Part shown: piece after piece, positions 57,840 through 64,000 of the stretch
How positions within the stretch are numbered: the stretch's first letter is position 1
How the letters are laid out: the number at the start of each line of letters is the position of its first letter
NCBI GenBank assembly: GCA_000708835.1
Contig: DF237102.1
Coordinates: 62,001 to 126,000, forward strand
Direction of reading: 5' to 3'
Length of the DNA stretch: 64,000 nt
Source: Klebsormidium nitens
Taxonomy: Eukaryota; Plantae; Klebsormidiophyceae
Program-made: the position numbers and the translations under genes
Notes under the pieces: generated by a model
Database searches by the model: none
The model's input: the letters and a program-made list of their open reading frames with translations, nothing else
What the model was told of the DNA's origin: nothing

Positions 57840-58895
57840 GAAGGCGTCTTTGAGACCTGGAATAAATTCATGCTTTGCTGTGTTTGGTCGCCATGAAGTA
57901 CCTGTTTGGTCAATCATCCGTTTTCCAGAGAATGGAGATCAGCAGTGATCTGCGGCACGATTCGGACCTAAAATGGGGGATGCTTTCTATCCAGAGATGT
58001 TCGCATGCAGCAGATAAAGTCATTCCTGAACCCATATAACCGCGATTTGATGTCCATCTGGATGTGGTGCAAGGCGATTGTTATGAAGCTTGCAAGTCAT
58101 TTTTCGTGTTATAGCCATCCGCATGTTGGCCATGTCGCATTGGTTTTGGGAACTCCCGTTGGTGAAGTCTTTCAATCTCCGCTCCATCATGCATGCGTCA
58201 GTGCAAACACAAAAATTCCGCAAGATCCAGGCTTGACAGGCGCGCAATCGACCATGAAGTGTGTGCGTCGTGAGTAAAACAACACGAATTATATGAACTC
58301 GATCCACAACTTTGATGTTGCCTGTGCATGTCTCTGCGCAATTTGGGTCGCGCCGAGGCGCCTATACGCTTGAGTCTTTAGAAAGAAGCGAACATGAGCC
58401 GTTATATATTCGTACAACCATGGGCGCCTGCATGCACATGCATGCACCAGACTTCAAAGCATGTCATGCATGTCCATGTGCCGGCAGATCGAGCCAATTC
58501 CTTTGGTAGCACGGGATTCGTAATTGCGCCCATTCAATTCGCGCATTCCTTCAGGAGAGTACCGTACGCAGACATATTGTGCATGACTTCTCATGACGTT
58601 AGGAAACTTGAAACTGCATGGTACAAGCCCCAAAACCGGTAGGCTTCAAATCAGGTTTTAGCGCCGGCCAGTGCATCAATCAGAGCGCGTGCAAGAGGCG
58701 GAAGCAGTAAATTAGATACAGATGATGGACGCGATTATGCAATGCGATCTGACGGCGGCTTAAGGGTCACAGTCCTAGGTTGGCGTTCGTAATCGAGGTG
58801 TCGATTAAATAAAGTTACTGCTCTTTGATGGATCTACGCCTTCTGTGTCAAGCATGTTGATGGACTTGGACTAAGCAACAAACTCGCGTACTACC

Positions 58896-58979
58896 TTTCA
58901 GTCAACTCAGAATGTCGGTCTAAACCAGGCGGATGCATTTCAGTCAACTCGGAATGTCGGGCTAATCTAGGCGGATGCA
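58896..58979 (+). repeat. Two-copy 42-bp tandem repeat between the convergent MSH6 and ROCO genes
   Basis: tttcagtcaactc(a/g)gaatgtcgg(t/g)ctaa(ac/tc)(c/t)aggcggatgca occurs twice. Confidence 0.9.
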
Positions 58980-59458
58980 GATTCCAACGAACCTACGAAA
59001 CGAAACCTTTTCTTGCCAGCCTCCGGTGTCAAACAACCAAACGCCTCGACCAGCGTCACCCTCCGGACGCTATCCAATCACCCCGCTCTTTCTCGACACG
59101 ATACACCTCCAGTCGCCATTCCTGAGCTCGGGATCAGCTGCACGACAGATTTGCAGGGAATTGTAAGATGAAAGTCATAGAGCAAATATTTGATCCTATG
59201 GGAACCAGCAAATTTTCTCAAAGGCTAACTTGGTGCTAGCTTCTCATCGTGAACTGAGCTCATAAACGGTTGCCCTTCCCCAGACTAGCGTGGTGTGTCA
59301 TCAGCAGCGAGATGTATTTGCAATTCAAAGATCGGGGAGTGAAGCAGGTGCAAGATAACAGAATACCTTGTGCGCGAATCCAATTTGTCCAAGATAGACG
59401 GCGTCAGACGCAAATCGCGACAAAAGTCTGCAAGAACGGAGTCACAGAAAAAGGCGCC

Positions 59459-62400
59459 TCACCCGCAACACCACATCCGCCTTCGACCCTGCCCAGCCGC
59501 CGGCGAGCCCCGTGCAGGGATCCCTTTGCCCCCGTCTAGGCACGCCTGGCACAGCCAGACGGAAGCGTTGCCGCTCCGCGGATCCAGCACGGCCGCCACC
59601 GACTTGTCGCCTGTCAGCGAGTCCACGGTTGGCGGAGCCGGACGGGCTTTGTCGAAGAACAGCTGTCCTTTCCAGGCCCCCTCCTTGTCGTGCTCCTGCA
59701 GGAAGCTCGTCAGCTCGAAAGCTTCGAGCCCCCGCCTGCTCACTTGCCGGATGCTCCTGGAGGCCGACAGGGCCCGCTGGACTTTGGCGGGGAGCGCTCC
59801 CTCCGCCTGCAAAGGAAAAGAAGTGCCAGCAGGATCAGAAGTGGAGATTGAACGTACTGGTCGCGCGCAAAGGCGTTCGGGTGGTGCGTTCGGGCAGGGC
59901 AAGGGCAGTCAGACTGGTGTCCCGGCCACCAGGTACTTGCATCAAAGGCTCATCACTCGGATCCGGGCGAGTCGAAGAAGAGAAGATCCATATGGGTGTA
60001 AAAAGCTGCCCTTGCCGTTTGAAATCTCAAAGTGATAGCTTCGTCTCCTGAGGACTCCGGAGGCCAGCATAACGGGGACGGTGCCTGCGAGCCGCCCTTA
60101 AGATCGCAAAGTGGAAGCAGTCGCTCTAAGGAAACAACGGTCCAGGACCTGGCAGAAATATTACTGAGCAATTGCTTTGTGAATAATGAGGCGTAGATGC
60201 AGATCTAGACACGGATTTAGACCTACGGCGAGAATGCCCGTGACACTATTTCAGAGTGACATTCAGCCTTTAATGGTTGACCGGCCATGTGCTCCAATGA
60301 ATCAGTTTGCCTTGTGAGCCGTTCGTCTCCAAAGTTTCGTTCCTGCTGATTTGTTTGCCAGCCTTGCAAGCTCGCTTACCGCGTCGAGCGGTCCCTTGGC
60401 CAACTCAACCGCCTTCACCAGCCCGTCCGCCAGCGATTCCGCTCCAAATGCAGGGGCGACAAGCCTGCTCAACTTGCCCAGCGCGAGCAGGACTCCGAGC
60501 GCTGAGGCGAGCCGATTGCCCCACTTCGACTTCCGCCGGATCGCGTAACCGCTCCCCTGCATAAGGACGTCGATTCGGGCCAACGTCAGGCGGTTTCTGG
60601 GCCACTTGTAAGACTGTAAAGCGCGCGGGACGGCAATCGCTGCCATCTTTGTGAAGAGCTAAACCGCAGATAGTGCAACAGAAAACAAACTTCGTAGAAA
60701 CTCCGAACGGTCGGTCTGATTGCAAATTTGTTCGACGGCTGATTCTTGAACCGTTGTCGCAGCTTAAGGGATATTCTTCTTCGAAGCAGTGATTTGCAAT
60801 CAGTTCTCAGCTTCTACCAGTACACATGGGCGACTGTCTGCGCTGCAATATCTTTGGGACGTAGTAGCTCAAATGGAAAAATTAAAAACGAGCAGACTGT
60901 CATCTCAGGCTTGACAAGCAGATTGTTAAGTTGCTGCCCTTTGGCCGCTAGATTTGTGACAGATGTGAATCCGGCCATCTAGAAACGGCAGACGCTTGTT
61001 ACGCATTGTGTCGAGAATCAGGGAGCCAAAAAATCAAAAGTTGATTCTGCTTACTTGCTTGCACCCGGTCCAGTATGCCCTAAGCTATTTGCAGCACAAA
61101 GGATTTGCAGGACTCTTTCCAAAGAAACGCCCGCACGAGACACCTCACCTGCGGCTCCCCGCACTCCTCACACACGAGGAACAGCCGCGCGTGGTCCTGG
61201 AAGAGGCCCCCCATGAGGCGGTTGTAGGCAACGGCGAGGAACTTCCGCGCCCCAACTTCGACCGCAGAGTCCGCGCTCGAGGCAGCCAAACCGGCATCCA
61301 CCGCCTCCTTGATCACCGCCCTCATGCCCTCGAGCGCGCGGGCTTTGTCTAGGCCCTCCCGATGGACGATGAACACCCGCGGCGCGACGTCCGTTTTCGC
61401 TGCAACGATCAACGCCCCCAGCGCATGCTGCGCCTGCTCGATCAGGAGCGGGAACCCCCGTTGCATCTGGTCAATGCGCCGCAACGCAGCTAGCACCTCC
61501 TCCTGGCGGAACGCCTCTCTCAGCCGCTCGGGGCTGGGGGCTATTTGCGCCCACGGGACGTCGTTGTGAGGGGATGTGCTCGGATTGCCCACACTTTGAC
61601 AGTCCCCCCGCAGCATGCCGGCATGCCTCCCTTGAACCAACTCGCCCAGAACCGACGGGGTAAGCCTGAGGAAGTGACCCGGTTGATGCAGAGGACAGAC
61701 CGCGAGGTACTCTATCCGATGGTCCCCGTGGAATGCCACTCTGTGGAGGGAGAAGGCGGAGAGCACGATCGAACTGAGCGGTCCCCAAAGGTCTTCGTCC
61801 CCACTTCCATCCTGGACCAGTTGAGCCGCTTCCTTCTGCCCCACCTTGGCCAGCATGTCGAGACACGACCCGCCGTCCGCATCCCGGCGACTCTCTACCA
61901 AGATCGAGACGCTTCGGGGCGCCTCGATAAGCACCCCTCCTTGCCACTGGTCGGAGGCTTTTGGCGGGAACGCAACGCAGATGCCAGACTGCACAAGGGC
62001 CGTCTCGAAGAAACCCGCCGGCAGGCGGCCCCGACTTGTCAGCCGCCAACCCCGTACCAGGTCCCCCGCTTGTGGAGCCCACTTGGCGGCAACAGCATCT
62101 GGCCTCCCCTCCGGCCATCTTCCTGGCAGGTAGTACGTTTGTCCCCCTCCGCCCAAACTCCCGCTCTCCGGTTTGGGGTATCCGAGCTTCAGAGGCGTGA
62201 GAAGACTAAGAAGGTGCCCACTGTTGACTGAACCCCCCCGTGCTCTCAGCTTGGGCAGCTTTGGGATGGTACTCTCCCGCAAGAGTCCTCGCTCGATGAG
62301 ATCTTCTAGATCGGAGTCTCCCTTTGCCTCTAGCGTATGACTGAAAAGGTCGCCTAGGATCCGCGCCACCCATGAGGGCTCCAGAAAAACGACGCCACGC

Positions 62401-64000
62401 AACCGCGAGTTTTCTGGGAACCTAAGAATGTAGCCAAGGGCACTCATGTAGCCTAACGCCTCACGAAACTCCCGCTCGTCCTGAAAACTGAGCCGCCCCT
62501 TAAATTGGAGCCAGAAGCCGTGTAGATCCACTTCTGAAAGGGCACCCGCCAAATCCTGTATCCCGCTTTGGGGGTCGGCCTTTTGTAGATCTTCTTGGAG
62601 GGCGCTTACAAGAGCGAATAGGTCGATCCAGGTTTGAGGCAATCTTCGGAGGAAGCTGCCCGGATCCCCTTCAACCAAACGCACCAGCTCTGTCTCAACC
62701 TCTAGCACGCCTAAATATGCAGACGAACTAACTGAGAACGTCTTGGCCCAAAGCTCAGGAGGCTGCCTCACATAAAGATCCAAGTCAATTTCCGCACGCT
62801 CTGCGATTCGAGATAGGTCTTCTGCCAGGGACTTCCGTAGATAGGCATGTACGGAAGATAACCTTTGCTCCGCTTCGCCTGGCCCCAACTTATCGCACTT
62901 CGTACCGACCAAAATATACTTTATCCAGGAGCAACGGCTTGTATGGAGTCAAGTCGCTCCTGCAAATAGAAACACGAATTTGAAACTGTAGGCAGAAGAA
63001 GCTGCATCAAAAAGATTATGGGAATGATGGTGCCAAGTGAGGCTGGCGATTCAACAACCAAACATAGGGAGGGCCAAGCTTGCTTTGAAATTCGGGCTGC
63101 AACACTTCGCACGCGAAGAAACTGGATAACGGAGTAGTTTGCTGAAGATATGGAGAAGTACATGTGGTCATGAGCCGGTCAGAGAATGTTTAACGACGTC
63201 ACTCCAAGAAAGTCGTGGTGCCTTACTAAGAGTTTGGGACTCTCTTGCCTCTCTCTTGATATAAAGACCGAGGAAAGTTGTGTAGGGGACGCAATGAAGT
63301 AGAAGCTCAACAGTGCAAAAAAAAGTTCAACAGTGATTGAAGATCTTTAAAAGTCTTTGGCTTTCCAAATCCCTTTCCCTTCAGGTTGCCTTCGAAGCAA
63401 TTCACAAACCCCAAATCAGGGCTTTGCATCGCCCCCCATCAAGCAGATTCACGCCCAGCATCAAGCAGATTCAGTCTGTAGATTCTGCATAGTCATTGAA
63501 ATACAGGAAAGCTTTGGAGATTGGTTGCAGAGTACGATGACAGGCAGATCCATAAGCTCACCTTGATGGTCGCCTTGGGAGCTCCTTCCTCACTAAGATC
63601 AACCACCAGAACGTAGATACAGTGGTCAGCAGTAAAGAAAAGCCGCTGCATGGCCCCGTACTGCTCCTGCCCAGCACAGTCAAAAACTCTAAATGTGATC
63701 GGCGTTTTCGAGACGTCCACTTCTGGTTTCCACTCCCAGAATCTGACGTCAATGCCAATTGTTGTCTCCGTTCCCTCTGGCACTGGTGCTTTTGTCTTCA
63801 AGGCTTTAAACAAGCTGGATTTTCCTACGCCTCCCGGCCCAACAAACATAAGCTTTGCCATCGCTCTTGTGTTGCTGTCTCTTGCAGCTTGTTTAAGGAA
63901 GCTAAGCACGGCAGCCGGTCCATTTGAGACCACCTCTGCTGGTGGAAAAAGCAAAGGGTTTCCATCAACAACAAGCTTTTCCAAAGCTTGGTATTGTCCA
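59459..64000 (-). pseudogene. ROCO-family (LRR-ROC-COR) protein, 3' part, with a frameshift/stop at ~62921 (pseudogene or assembly error); 5' end lies outside the window
   Basis: Last LRR: LEKLVVDGNPLLFPP. ROC motifs: KLMFVGPGGVGKS (G1), TIGID (G2), FDCAGQ (G3) and LVGTKCD (G4). COR-like block: ALGYILRF...VVFLEPSWVARILGDLF. Further exons near 60570-60390 and 59810-59459 end MWCCG*. The exon starting at 62959 reads ERLDSIQAVAPG-TAA, and KYILVGTKCD resumes in a shifted frame. Confidence 0.8.

Noticed and set aside
14141-57950. Shared short hairpin-like motif gatcagcagtgatctg at ~14141 and ~57937
   Set aside because: Only ~16-20 bp in two copies with no extended flanking similarity, so it cannot be supported as an element.
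58896-58979. Direct repeats as a CRISPR-like array (also 36006, 36732 and the 54211-54613 series)
   Set aside because: Only two adjacent copies without spacers, or explained by exon duplication. The context is eukaryotic and there are no cas genes.
59370-62231. Long plus-strand ORFs (179-228 aa) opposite the ROCO exons
   Set aside because: Antisense shadows of GC-rich coding sequence, with Arg/Pro/Ser-rich translations and no domain features.

Overview
Eukaryotic nuclear DNA with GT-AG introns. It is most likely from a streptophyte green alga, and Klebsormidium-like is my inference from gene content and intron style. I found no rRNA, tRNA or CRISPR array and no autonomous transposon. Nine protein-coding loci were assembled by hand from splice sites and phase continuity: (1) an intronless vWA protein whose MIDAS DxSxS strand lies at the C-terminus (apparent circular permutation) and which ends in a CaaX motif; (2) an ENOD93-like gene (-); (3) a six-exon microbial-type terpene-synthase-like gene (+); (4) a coiled-coil protein with exon-aligned ~50-aa HPLG repeats (+); (5) a 15-exon plant-type membrane protein (-) with two RLRGG motifs in its tail; (6) a transit-peptide + 2H phosphoesterase + GGCT/AIG2-like fusion (+); (7) a beta-strand-rich protein of unknown function (+); (8) MSH6 with a Tudor domain (+); (9) the 3' part of an LRR-ROC-COR (ROCO) gene (-) carrying a frameshift. 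Two non-coding patterns recur. Degenerate copies of exon ends sit in the adjacent introns at about seven junctions in three genes. A ~90-bp C-rich dispersed repeat has five intronic copies, all in the host gene's sense orientation. All family assignments rest on motif recognition from memory; no database search or structure prediction was run.
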